A DNA stretch of 64,000 nt from Candidatus Poribacteria bacterium. GTDB taxonomy: Bacteria; Poribacteria; WGA-4E; WGA-3G. The position numbers and the translations under genes are program-made. The DNA is taken from contig OZ244048.1 in NCBI GenBank assembly GCA_965215265.1, forward strand, positions 2,944,001 through 3,008,000, written 5' to 3'. Numbering within the stretch: the first letter of the stretch is position 1; each line of letters starts with the position of its first letter. Positions 47,516 to 57,656 of the stretch are shown here, piece after piece. The notes below the pieces were generated by a model, which searched no databases, had not been told where the DNA came from, and worked only from the letters and a program-made list of their open reading frames with translations.

Positions 47516-47727
47516 GGGGTTATAGAAAATGGGGTGCCGTGTTATTTTCGTTCAGCGGAGCGATAGGTGTATAGAAACGCGTGTCTCTCCACTTAACTGC
47601 TCCGTTAGAAGCACAATGTTTATACAAAAACGATTCATCGCACATTTTTGTAGGGGAATCTGCTGTGCCCGGTGTGCGGCGGTATACTTTCTGTTCGTTG
47701 TGGGGTGATTCATCGTAAGGCTCTATT

Positions 47728-49650
47728 TCAAGCGTTAGATGCGTGTTCGGTGCGAATCCAAACAGCCATCTGCCCTTGTTCACGATTGCACCATGCATAG
47801 TAAGGAATCGCGGTGACTTCTATGGATTTGCGTTTGTGTGGGGTTCTCCGATAGAGCTGGTCTTTCCAATCCGTGGGTTCGGTTATCATACCTCTGCCTC
47901 GGATCTGGGTGATGCCGCCCAAGCGATCAGCGGTAAACTCTGCTTCCAATTCGGCGTTTTCAGGAATGGACAACGTCTGGAGAATCCCATCAGGATTGTC
48001 ACATTCCTCAAAACAGTAAACAAGTGGTCCTCGCCGTAAAGCAAATCTTCCGAGGTTTTCTGTAACAAGCGGATGTGCATAAATTCGAACCGTCGGCATT
48101 GACAAAATTAATTCTACAGTATCGTTTGGCTGCCATTCGCGAGAAATTGAGAGATATCCGTTGGTATCCATCCGCTGTGAGTTGTCTAATTTGCCGTTGA
48201 TACGGACGGTGAACTCGTCGCACCAACTTGGAATTCGCAGGTTGAATGCAAAGGGAACGGGGGCTTTTGGTGTAAGGGTTAGCTTGATATCACCACTCCA
48301 CGGATAGTCAGTTTCTTGTCTGATTTCGACACCGGTATTTCCTGCGACGGTGGCTAAAGCCGTCCCGCCGATATATAAGTTAACCCAGATGCCTTCGTCA
48401 TCTTGGGCGTAGATGTACTGCCCCAAAGAGGCGAGAAGTCGGGCGATATTGGGTGGACAACATGCGCATCCAAACCAACTGTGGCGGTGCCGGTCGCCGT
48501 GGCTACCGAGCGGATTTTGGTAAAAGAAGCTTGTACCATCTAACGCGAGCCCGGACAGGATGCCGTTATAAAGGGCAGTCTCTAGGACATCAATGTAGCG
48601 TGATTCTCCGTGCAGTAGGAACATGCGCTGTGCCCAGAATACTAGCCCGATAGAGGCACAAGTTTCCGCGTAAGCCGAGAAGTTTGGCAATTCATAGTCA
48701 GTGGTGAATCCTTCATTGTGGGCAGAGGGGCCGATGCCGCCGGTGATATAAAACCGTTTCTCTGTTACATTGCGCCACAGTTGTTCCAATGCGTCAATGA
48801 GTGCTGGATTTCTAGTCTTCGCAGCGATGTCAGCTGCAGCAGCATAGAGGTACATGGCGCGTACTGCATGCCCGACACACTCTGTCTGCTGCTCTATCGG
48901 GAGATGTGCTTGTGCATAGCACCCATCAAACTTCCCGTTGCGTGTAAAGTGATGCCGGTAAGCCGCAATTCCACCGCAAATATCCGAATTCTGCAATTCT
49001 TTTTCAAAAATTGAAGGCGATTGCCCGCGTCGTGTGAGAAAGAATTGGGCGAGTTCGAAATAGCGCGATTCGTCTGTTGCCTCTGCCAACTTGACAAGTG
49101 CGAGTTCAATTTCCTCGTGTCCCGGAGTACCGTCCCGCTTTCCGTCGCCAAAAATGCTGTCAATATGCTCGGCGAACTGAGTAGCAACATCCAGGAGGGT
49201 TGTCTTTGCTGTTGCTTGGTAGTGGGCAACGCCTGCCTCAAACAGATGCCCGGCGCAGTATAATTCGTGCATCATACCGAGATTCTGCCATCTTTTGGTC
49301 GGTTCAACTAATGTGAAGTAGGTATTGACGTACCCGTCGGATTGTTGACTTTTGGCAATTTTGGTGATAAGCTCCTCAAGCTCACTCTCCCATGGTGGGT
49401 GTGGATGGGTGTACAACGTGTAGGAGGCGGCCTCTACCAATTTGTAAACATCTGAGTCGTTAAAAAAAATGCCCTCAAATTCGCCGTCCATTAAACCGCC
49501 TGCTTTCGCGAAGTTATCAATTCGCCCAGTTATACGGCACTGCTTGAGTTGGTGTGGAATGGTCTTCTGTGAGTTTGTTAGTTGACGGGGTGCCCAAAAC
49601 CCGTCGGCGATAGTGACAGCAGTAAAGGGCAACGGCTTCAAAACGGACAT
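47728..49650 (-). CDS. glycoside hydrolase family 127 (beta-L-arabinofuranosidase-like)
   Basis: DSDVYK..E, HELYCAGH, GHAVRA.Y, YAETCA, CACCPPN, RGPLVYC.E, IPYYAW. Confidence 0.93.
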   Translation of the reverse strand: MSVLKPLPFTAVTIADGFWAPRQLTNSQKTIPHQLKQCRITGRIDNFAKAGGLMDGEFEGIFFNDSDVYKLVEAASYTLYTHPHPPWESELEELITKIAKSQQSDGYVNTYFTLVEPTKRWQNLGMMHELYCAGHLFEAGVAHYQATAKTTLLDVATQFAEHIDSIFGDGKRDGTPGHEEIELALVKLAEATDESRYFELAQFFLTRRGQSPSIFEKELQNSDICGGIAAYRHHFTRNGKFDGCYAQAHLPIEQQTECVGHAVRAMYLYAAAADIAAKTRNPALIDALEQLWRNVTEKRFYITGGIGPSAHNEGFTTDYELPNFSAYAETCASIGLVFWAQRMFLLHGESRYIDVLETALYNGILSGLALDGTSFFYQNPLGSHGDRHRHSWFGCACCPPNIARLLASLGQYIYAQDDEGIWVNLYIGGTALATVAGNTGVEIRQETDYPWSGDIKLTLTPKAPVPFAFNLRIPSWCDEFTVRINGKLDNSQRMDTNGYLSISREWQPNDTVELILSMPTVRIYAHPLVTENLGRFALRRGPLVYCFEECDNPDGILQTLSIPENAELEAEFTADRLGGITQIRGRGMITEPTDWKDQLYRRTPHKRKSIEVTAIPYYAWCNREQGQMAVWIRTEHASNA

Positions 49651-49781
49651 CTATTTATCTCCTTTCTCTGGGTTCCGGCAAGACTTACCGGCTTCTTATT
49701 GCAATCCGATGCAACGTCTGATTCGGGGCGTAACGTTCTAAACCTTGCCGTTAATTGTGGCATATTTATAGCGATTCATAT

Positions 49782-50867
49782 CTACAAGATTTGATGCTGT
49801 GCGAGTTTCTGCTTATTGAACATGATACCGTGTCCTGGGCGATTGGGCGGTGAAAAGTGCCCGTCTCTGAGCGTCAACGTGTCATCAAGGATTGGATCTA
49901 ATGATGGGATGTATTCCACAAAGAGGGAGTGTGGTACAGCGGCAGACAGATGTACGTGCAAATCCATCAAAAAATGCGGTGAGACCGACAGGCCAAAGGA
50001 TTCAGCTGTATGTGCGACTTTCATCCATTCGGAGATCCCGCCGACGCGAACAGCATCTGGCTGCAGGATATCCGCTGCGCCTTGTGCAATATACTCTTGA
50101 AATACATACTTATTGTAGAGTGTCTCACCGACCGCGATAGGGATAGTGGTTTTCTCACGGAGGAGGGCGTGGCTATCTACATCGTCAGCCTCAATCGGTT
50201 CTTCGAACCAGAAAAGGTCAGCATCTTCTACGCGACAAGCGAGTTGTATGGCTTCGCGGGCGTTCCACTTCATATTGGCATCTATCATCAAAAAGGGCTG
50301 CTGCCCGATCGCTTTTCGGACTGCGTAGATTCTGGCGACATCTTCGTGGAGGCTGTCTCTGCCGACTTTAATCTTAATGCCTTTGAAGCCTTGCTGCACA
50401 AATTCCACAGATTGGCGGACCAGTTCATCCTCAGAGAGGTGGAGCCATCCGCCGTCAGTGTTGTAAACAGGAACGGCGGGTCTAGCGCCGCCGAGGAGTT
50501 GATAGAGCGGCAAATCGGCGCGCTTTGCCATCAAATCCCACAACGCAATATCGACAGCGGCGATGCCCAAACCGACAATGCCTCCCCTACCGACCCAATG
50601 TGTCTCCATCCACATCCTGTTCCAAATTCGGTCAATGTTCGCTGCATCCTCTTCAAGCAAGATAGGCGTGAGATAGGCATCCATAATAGATTTTATGGCT
50701 TCTCCACCCTTGCCGATGGTGTAGGAAAAGCCTGTGCCTATTACGCCATCGGCATCTTCGAGCTCGATGAAGGGGAATTCCATAGACACAAAAGTCTGGA
50801 TAGCATCAACCCGCTTGACTTGTGGTGGGATATCGTAAAGTGCAGTGCGAACTGCTTTGATTTTCAT
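49782..50867 (-). CDS. mandelate racemase/muconate lactonizing enzyme family (probable acid-sugar dehydratase)
   Basis: DIALWD, KIK, DAN, WFEEP, GE, QPD. Confidence 0.9.
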   Translation of the reverse strand: MKIKAVRTALYDIPPQVKRVDAIQTFVSMEFPFIELEDADGVIGTGFSYTIGKGGEAIKSIMDAYLTPILLEEDAANIDRIWNRMWMETHWVGRGGIVGLGIAAVDIALWDLMAKRADLPLYQLLGGARPAVPVYNTDGGWLHLSEDELVRQSVEFVQQGFKGIKIKVGRDSLHEDVARIYAVRKAIGQQPFLMIDANMKWNAREAIQLACRVEDADLFWFEEPIEADDVDSHALLREKTTIPIAVGETLYNKYVFQEYIAQGAADILQPDAVRVGGISEWMKVAHTAESFGLSVSPHFLMDLHVHLSAAVPHSLFVEYIPSLDPILDDTLTLRDGHFSPPNRPGHGIMFNKQKLAQHQIL

Positions 50868-51033
50868 CTTTTTATCTCCGGATTTGGTTAGGTATCGGCA
50901 TTAAGGTAGAATGCCGGTGAATAAAAAATGCCTTTATGAATTCGTGAATGGGTTTCCGCGGGTATCAGTGCCTTAATAGTCGTGTCTGGGCATTCTGCAG
51001 CGTGTCTCCTAAGAGACTTTGGTCTGATGCATT

Positions 51034-51915
51034 TTATGTGTCTAAGTTGTCAATCATCAGTAATAATTTCTGGATACAGATACGAGATGCTTCTTCGCCG
51101 GCTTCCGAGAATGCGTGCCCTGCGGGCCGGTTGAGAATTGCCTCGTCAATTTTGAGAGAGGGGCGCCAGTGTGTTTCCAAACAGAGATGTCCGTCGTAGC
51201 CATCATCAACGAAGGCTTGGAGCTGCCCTTGCCAATCAATAATTCCGTCGCCGACTGGAACTGACTCTATCTCGCCGGTCTGCGGATTTGTGCCAGCATC
51301 CTTAAGATGTGCATGAATCATTGTCGGTTTGAGATGATTGTAAGCGTCAGGATAAGGAGTTTCGCCGCCTTTCGCGTGTGCTTCATTGGCGGGATCCCAG
51401 ATGCCACGGACGTTTGGAGAGTCAATCTCCTCAATAAATTTTGCGGTGAGTTTTGCGGTCCGCAGCGAGGTTGTCGATTCGTTTTCCATGCCGAGAATCA
51501 TGCCTTCTCCATCCGCTATCCGTCGAGGTTCATCGTAAGCTGCGATAATTTCATTCCACCGCTCCTCTGTTTTCCCTGTATCCCAAAAGACAAACGTCCG
51601 GATGAGGTTCGTGTTGAACGTTTTCGCTGTTTTGATACATCCGTTCAGAATGTCCAGATGTTCTTTCCGCTCTGCAGCGTTGTCCATATCGCATTTGAAA
51701 AATGGAGATGCGATGCCGATAATCTCAATGCCGGTATCATCTAACAACCGCTTCATCTGGTCAATGTCGGTATCGTCGAGTTCGTGCGGTAGTTTATCCC
51801 ACACCGAACGGATTTCGATGGAGTGTAGATTGAATTCTTTGACAAAGTTGACGACAGTCGCGAAATCTTGGGAGACTTCATCGCCAATAACACCGAGTTT
51901 AAACATAGTTATCAT
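51034..51915 (-). CDS. sugar phosphate isomerase/epimerase (TIM barrel)
   Basis: ENE, WDPAN, HLKD, G.G.IDW, LETH. Confidence 0.88.
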   Translation of the reverse strand: MITMFKLGVIGDEVSQDFATVVNFVKEFNLHSIEIRSVWDKLPHELDDTDIDQMKRLLDDTGIEIIGIASPFFKCDMDNAAERKEHLDILNGCIKTAKTFNTNLIRTFVFWDTGKTEERWNEIIAAYDEPRRIADGEGMILGMENESTTSLRTAKLTAKFIEEIDSPNVRGIWDPANEAHAKGGETPYPDAYNHLKPTMIHAHLKDAGTNPQTGEIESVPVGDGIIDWQGQLQAFVDDGYDGHLCLETHWRPSLKIDEAILNRPAGHAFSEAGEEASRICIQKLLLMIDNLDT

Positions 51916-52068
51916 GACTCCTTTGCAATGTGAATGTGTACGTGAATGATAGCAGAGAACAGCGTTAATATCAAGGAAGATTCTATTTTTTTTTCGGAAT
52001 AAGTCGTTTTGAACTTACAAAAAGTTGTTCAAAAGTGCTATAGGAAATATAACGGTTTTTAGCGGGTT

Positions 52069-52356
52069 TCAGAACAGCGGTTTGAGGCGTAGCGTCTGCT
52101 TTTCTCCGTCTGTTAAAGGCGCGACCTGCTTGGGTTTTATCTCAACCACTTCAGTCGATTCGTCAAGTGTTTCCCCGGCGGGCACGATATAGGTTCTCGC
52201 GTCTGCGGTCGTTTGGAGAATGGCAGTCGGGGGTGTGCTGTCATCTGTCGGGTGAATTGTACCTAGTGAGCGGTACGGTTCACGAGGGACGGGCGGTGTC
52301 CAACCTAACGGACGAAAAAGGTTATTGTCTAGGATGGTTCTATTCTGTTGGCACAC
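52069..52356 (-). pseudogene. truncated GspC-like paralog of 8372-8968
   Basis: ILDNNLFRPLG..GTI..TAILQ; no TM N-terminus. Confidence 0.65.
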
Positions 52357-52417
52357 ACTTTCATCCTCATCGTCGCTGTGTTCTATAAAGAATCCTCCTT
52401 TGCGGGGTTTGTAACCG

Positions 52418-52798
52418 CTATGGGTCCATGAGGATGTAACTTTGACCCTGAGATTCTATCATCTGCTTGACGTGTTCTCGCAGGGATTGTTGATTTTCCA
52501 CTTCGTGCTCCACCCAGTGTCGTGTCCCAGGATGTTCTGTCCCGGTATATTCAGAGTATTTGCGTCGCCACTGAGCTTGCTCTTTTAGGAGATTTTCTGA
52601 TCCGATGCGGAGACACTCTAACTCGCGGTGCACTTGAGAGATAGGAAGTCCACTGCCTTGTATGACTGTGCCGGGGTGCATTTGAGTGGGAGTGATTCTA
52701 CTGCCCTGTACTGCGGAGATGTGGTCTACTAACATGTCATTTAATTCCGCTTGGCGTTGCAGGAGTTGGAGTCTTTCTGCATTCAACTTGGCGAGCAT
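52418..52798 (-). pseudogene. hypothetical ORF, probably 5'-truncated
   Basis: Frame continues upstream towards the repeat at 52862. Confidence 0.4.
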
Positions 52799-52861
52799 AG
52801 GGTCTTCAAGCAGAGGAGCGCCGCCTGCAGCGTTATCTCCTGCTTTGATTGGGTTTCTTCA

Positions 52862-52972
52862 CCAAAAGTTTCACGAGGGGTTTTCGTGAACTTCACACAT
52901 TGTGCACAAGCGAATTTTCTTTCCTGATTACGCGCAGAAAAAAAACACTTGAATAAGGAAGGGAGATTTATA
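52862..52972. repeat. imperfect direct repeat with TTCACGA/TCGTGAA palindrome (partner 53215-53342)
   Basis: AAAAGTTTCACGAG.GGTTTTCGTGAACTTCACAC...ATTACGCG...CTTGAATAAGGAAGGG.GATTTA in both. Confidence 0.8.
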
Positions 52973-53214
52973 AGTGAAAACCTTACTTCCGGATGAGCAT
53001 CTTCCGCTTGATTGTGAAACTCCTTTTATTGGATGTTGTCATCCCGCCTTTATCCTCTTGTAAGCAGTGGAGGTAAAGGAGGCGACAACATTTTTCAAAT
53101 CTTCAAAATTAAACAGAGACAGCATTTTGCCCTTTGTAAGTAATAAGATAATTATACAGGTAGCCGAGCAGAAGTTAAGTTTTTTTGGCTTCAAACGGTT
53201 TGGTTAGTGGTATG

Positions 53215-53342
53215 CAATTCACGAAAAGTTTCACGAGAGGTTTTCGTGAACTTCACACATCGTGCACAGACATCACCAGCTGCCCAAAACTTAATTACGC
53301 GTAGACAAAAAATCCTCCTTGAATAAGGAAGGGGGATTTATA
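53215..53342. repeat. second copy of the TTCACGA repeat
   Basis: See 52862; core also at 40033-40068. Confidence 0.8.
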
Positions 53343-53359
53343 TCCGTGAATTATCTTTC

Positions 53360-54448
53360 TTATAGTTCCAACGCCTGTAGGAATGCTTGAAAACTGTCTG
53401 TTTTGACGGCTATCAGCAGCAATTGCTCGAGGTGTTCTAGGTTAGAAAGCGTTTCGAGTTTCTGCGTGGCAGGCTCTATATCACGGTCAGGGAATCGCGC
53501 GTTGAGGACGGCGGTTATATTTTTGATAGCCGTCTGGCACGCCCCTTGTTCTCTCCCTCGTTCAATGCCTCGTTCAATGCCTTGTGCTATGCCTCGTTCG
53601 AAGAGGAATTCGGCCATTGTCTCTGCCATCGGTGCTACCTCCATATCACTCGTATGCCGGTCTACCAGTTCTATCAACTCTTCTTGCTCTTCCTTTGGAC
53701 GCCGATGCTGAATCAGCAACACCAGATACATTATCGCTTCCCTACGCTGCCCGGAATCGACTGCATCAAGCGTCTCCAGCTGCGTCAAAGTCTCTCGTAA
53801 CGCGCGGCTTATAGACGCTTTGTCCGAATCTCCTTGTTGCAGCACTCTCATCAGCCACCCGAATGGATGCGCCGCCGCCGTCAGCGTCGCCTTGTCTGTG
53901 CCTGTCAGATTCAGAAACAGGATGTCAAATCTCGGAACGAATCGAGAGAGCGCCGCAGGCAGATTCATCATCGCCTCAAGTGTCAGAGGCTTTTCCCACC
54001 GCCGCTCCCCTATGTAAAACACCACAGGCAGAATCGGCGGCAATACATGCTCTCTTCTCGGCATCTTCTCGGCCGCCCACCGCCGCCGCTCCGCGTCCCA
54101 AATCAGCATCATGTAGAAAAGCACCCGAAACCCCATTGTCGCATCTACCGTCGATTGATGTTCAATCAGCAGATAGAGGAGCAGCTCTGCCGCATCCTCA
54201 TCACCATCACTTTTGAAGGGCACCCGATATACAATGTCTGCCTCTTGTTCTCGGAGTGTCGCGGGCAGTAGACTCCTATTCATTGGAACCAGATGCGCAA
54301 AATCAATCAGTTCGGCGAGTTCTGCCGCAACGATTTCTAACAAGCCCCGGACGTTTTCCCTGTTTTCTAATAAGCGGCGTATACTCCGATCGGAAAAGTT
54401 CGCAACAGACATCTCGGACAAAAAGTCGTGGATGTCCTTCTTCTGCAT
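53360..54448 (-). CDS. Rpn/YhgA-like recombination-promoting nuclease, paralog of 881-2002
   Basis: EADIVY, LIEHQSTVDATMGFRVLFYMMLIWD, PILPVVFY. Confidence 0.9.
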   Translation of the reverse strand: MQKKDIHDFLSEMSVANFSDRSIRRLLENRENVRGLLEIVAAELAELIDFAHLVPMNRSLLPATLREQEADIVYRVPFKSDGDEDAAELLLYLLIEHQSTVDATMGFRVLFYMMLIWDAERRRWAAEKMPRREHVLPPILPVVFYIGERRWEKPLTLEAMMNLPAALSRFVPRFDILFLNLTGTDKATLTAAAHPFGWLMRVLQQGDSDKASISRALRETLTQLETLDAVDSGQRREAIMYLVLLIQHRRPKEEQEELIELVDRHTSDMEVAPMAETMAEFLFERGIAQGIERGIERGREQGACQTAIKNITAVLNARFPDRDIEPATQKLETLSNLEHLEQLLLIAVKTDSFQAFLQALEL

Positions 54449-54572
54449 ATTAGACTCCTAAAACGTATCAGTTGTCAAGTGCTTTTTTCTCAAAACTTAT
54501 ACTTTTTATTTATGATAACACATCAGGGAATCATTGTCAAGCAGAGATAAATCAGGCTGAGAAAAAAGAGAA

Positions 54573-54620
54573 AGAGGTGTGATAGCATTCGGCACACGGC
54601 CGACTCACCATCACACCTCT
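54573..54620. other. inverted repeat / hairpin upstream of rpn
   Basis: AGAGGTGTGAT ... ATCACACCTCT. Confidence 0.5.
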
Positions 54621-54955
54621 GCTTTTATCTTTCGCTGCTCATAAAACGAGCCGCACAAGATACGGGGTGGCCCAGCACAAAACCGAACCGGGTTCAGCAC
54701 GCACCAAGCAAAAAATAAGCAGATTATTAACATATAGTTAATATTTTTACCCTATTTCTAACTGATTTTTAACACATAGTTTAAAAATTGTATAGACCCG
54801 ATCTGCGTGCAGCTCGGAAGAGGTAAAGGGGTAAAGATTTAAGGCGTGACAGCCCTCGCACACCGGAACCCGAAGACATCGAACGCGAACTATTTACCAC
54901 AATGTCCGCTATAAATATTCTTAATCCTGATAATTTAGACGCTCATAAACACTTT

Positions 54956-55630
54956 TTATTTGATATCGGGCGCATAAAGCACTTCTGGCGGAACAATCTG
55001 TTCTGGACTATCGGGAGGCCACCAATACCATTGCACTCCCATACCAATAGCCCATTGAAAATACCGAACTTCCACATCGTGCAATCCTGCCGTGAGCGTC
55101 GTGCGCCCTTGTGCAGTTGTCCATGCTTGAAGGCCGTCATTATCTACGATAAGGTCTCCATTGACATATACCTGAGCACCATCATCGGATTGGATTTTAA
55201 AGATGTGGATGCCAGGGTTTTCAACCATCAGCTTCCCGCGGAACCGAATTGCGAAATGTTCACGTGGGTCTATTCCTAGTTCAATAAAGCCTATGTCCGA
55301 ATTTCTCAATGGGAAATCTATATTCGCTGTGGTTAAAGTTTGAACTGGCGTTATCGTGTCGAAATCTGGTAAGGACTCAAGCCAGCCACCGGGAATATAT
55401 ACCTCGGCAAGTAAACCATTAACTGGCTCTGGAACTGGTTCTGGTATTGTCTCGGCTGGTGGTTCCGGTATTTCTTCGGTTGGTGACACTACGGTCGCCA
55501 AAGTCTTTTGGTTTCTATCGCAGCTTGTGATAGAAACGCAGAGTGCCACAGCAAACAATAGGGTCAAAATCGATACAAACTTTCTATTCATTACCACGAT
55601 GCCTTTTTTCGCGTTCTTCCAATCTTTCAT
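54956..55630 (-). CDS. PA14-domain lipoprotein
   Basis: Lipobox ITSC; F.IRF.G, F...SDDG, DNDG, L.AG.H...V.YFQ, W.PP; alternative start at 55591. Confidence 0.85.
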   Translation of the reverse strand: MKDWKNAKKGIVVMNRKFVSILTLLFAVALCVSITSCDRNQKTLATVVSPTEEIPEPPAETIPEPVPEPVNGLLAEVYIPGGWLESLPDFDTITPVQTLTTANIDFPLRNSDIGFIELGIDPREHFAIRFRGKLMVENPGIHIFKIQSDDGAQVYVNGDLIVDNDGLQAWTTAQGRTTLTAGLHDVEVRYFQWAIGMGVQWYWWPPDSPEQIVPPEVLYAPDIK

Positions 55631-56063
55631 TTCAAAATATCCTTTCGGACAATGTGTCCGTTGTCGATGCGGTTATCGCACCGGTTAGGTTCATAAAGAG
55701 TTATCGGTTTGATTGCGGGCGGGTCGGCGCACAGAGGCAGCCGGAACCCCGCCCACAACACGGAGAAGCTAACACAAGCGCACTTATGGCTGTTTTTCGT
55801 AAACGTGCGAAAGACAGAAGAAGGAGTGAGTGCACTTGTGTTATCAGGTAAGGTGTCGAGGCAACTGGCATACCGGCACCGTTGGCATAAGCCAACTGGG
55901 TCCGCACGCAGGTGCCCGGGGGCCCTGCAACTGAACGCCGCATGCATCAGAAAAAAAGCCTGCAACGGCCTCCACCGTCCGAGACGGGAGGCGTGCAGGC
56001 GTGAGAAAGCAGCGACTAAGGTAGATGCTGCTTGAGTTAATAAGAGGGTTAACGGACGTGAAG

Positions 56064-56204
56064 TTAGGGGGGGGTCAATCGTCTTAACAGGGACTTAAAA
56101 CACACGACAGCACGGCATACGCACGCGTTCGCGCCAAAACTACAACCCCGCAACACGGGGCCAGGCACTCTGCTCTTCTGGGACACGGACTCTTGGTGTT
56201 TCAT
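56064..56204 (-). CDS. putative 46-aa leader ORF ending at a C8 tract (MKHQESVSQKSRVPGPVLRGCSFGANACVCRAVVCFKSLLRRLTPP)
   Basis: Translated by hand; TAA immediately follows the C8 tract at 56067-56074. Confidence 0.45.
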   Translation of the reverse strand: MKHQESVSQKSRVPGPVLRGCSFGANACVCRAVVCFKSLLRRLTPP

Positions 56205-56430
56205 CTTTTTGATTTTTCCCTGTCTGATTCAAGTGAATGCATTTTATTAGAAAACAACGTTTTTTGGCAAACTTTTTTTTGCATCACTCAAAAGTTGTTT
56301 TGCATTATCGCATAACGAACGTTTGTTTGTCAACTTTTTTTTCCGAAATAAAAAATCAACGAAAACATTCTATCAGAAAATAACACTTTTTGGCAAACTT
56401 TTTTTTTGCATCACTCAAAGCGTATTTTAT

Positions 56431-56459
56431 ATTATAACACAATCTCTTTTTTTTGTCAA
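56431..56459 (-). promoter_or_regulatory. sigma70-type promoter TTGACA-N17-TATAAT
   Basis: Plus strand ATTATA 56431-56436 and TGTCAA 56454-56459; weaker second candidate at 56304-56333. Confidence 0.7.
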
Positions 56460-56532
56460 GTCTTTTTTCAGATTTTTCGTATTTTTGTATACTGCGGCAC
56501 ATCTCAGTTTGATGAGGTATGCTCCATTTTGG

Positions 56533-57540
56533 CTACTGTGCTTTCGCAAGGTACTCTGTTTCGAGAAACGTTTCTAATTCCTCAAAAGTATCGAAGATGC
56601 GTTCGCATAAGTTTTCGAAGAAGATACTCCGTTCGCCTTTATAGACGGCATAAACAGGTTTGTTATAGCGTGAGGCGTAGTTCATCTCGCTCAGGACCCC
56701 TGGCGATAGTTTATCTGTCGGGTAAATAACAACGACAAAATCGCTCTGGTGCAAAAATTGATAATCCCGCGAGATGGTTCGCGTCTTAATTTGCTCTATA
56801 GTAGATGCATCAATTTGACTAAGGGTTGAAGGTTCGCTCTGTCTCACCCAAGCCATATCTTTAATTGAAAGTGGATCAAACACAATAAAAGCAGTTCTCA
56901 GTTTTTCACCGAGGGTTCGAATCGCTTCAATTTCTTGTGGAGTCTCTTGCAGTATCGTAATAGGATAGCTGAGATACAGTGTCGGTTTTGATGAGAAGAT
57001 GAGTTCATAAAAATTATTAAGTCCGTGTTGTCGTGCGACGGTATAGTAAGGTTTTTCACGCATATTTGCGAGTTGCTTAGTCAGGTACTCCTCTTCGTCA
57101 ATCCAGACGTTGAGCATATCGTGGCCCATTCCACTCCATTGGGGATTGCTTTCCATCCGCTGCGAGATGTCGGCGATATTGTCAACGACGTTAATAAAAA
57201 GGTCTGGTGGAAAACCCTCAATTTCTTTAAAGGAAATTCCCTCAACGAGTTCGCCTCTCCATCGGAAACAAGCGTGTAGTCCAATCACTGCATGTTCGTA
57301 GTTGTCTGCGAGGCTTGCAATTTCATAAAAAGCGGTGCGGCGGGCAAGGGATAAGACCGCTGGATCGGAATCGAGAACCTTTTCAGTGAATCGGACTCCG
57401 GATGCAGCGGCGGTGCGGTGCATATAATCACCTACATTAAAGAAACCGATATTCAGTTCCTTCTCATGGCAGAGTGCTTCAAAATCTGCCACTAATTGTT
57501 TGCGGCCGGAGCAGCTGATACCAGTACAGATAATGTTCAT
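56533..57540 (-). CDS. P-loop nucleotide-kinase-like domain fused to nucleoside 2-deoxyribosyltransferase-like domain
   Basis: N-terminal TGISCSGRK; C-terminal YLSYP, RDY...QSD.VV, S.GVLSE..YA...KPVY. Confidence 0.7.
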   Translation of the reverse strand: MNIICTGISCSGRKQLVADFEALCHEKELNIGFFNVGDYMHRTAAASGVRFTEKVLDSDPAVLSLARRTAFYEIASLADNYEHAVIGLHACFRWRGELVEGISFKEIEGFPPDLFINVVDNIADISQRMESNPQWSGMGHDMLNVWIDEEEYLTKQLANMREKPYYTVARQHGLNNFYELIFSSKPTLYLSYPITILQETPQEIEAIRTLGEKLRTAFIVFDPLSIKDMAWVRQSEPSTLSQIDASTIEQIKTRTISRDYQFLHQSDFVVVIYPTDKLSPGVLSEMNYASRYNKPVYAVYKGERSIFFENLCERIFDTFEELETFLETEYLAKAQ

Positions 57541-57547
57541 TTTTTTT

Positions 57548-57618
57548 GATTTTTGTCTATCTCCGTACCATAAAGGGTTATGTTGTGTTAAATCCGATGT
57601 AAATCTCGTCAGAGCCGT
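57548..57618 (+). repeat. PR1 copy
   Basis: TTTGTCTATCTCCGTACCAT...GTAAATCTCGTCAGAGCC. Confidence 0.8.
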
Positions 57619-57656
57619 TTATGTTTAGATTCATATTATAACAGAGATGGATAGGA

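Noticed and set aside
50010-50891. 293-aa plus-strand ORF
   Set aside because: Antisense shadow of the enolase-superfamily gene, with no motifs
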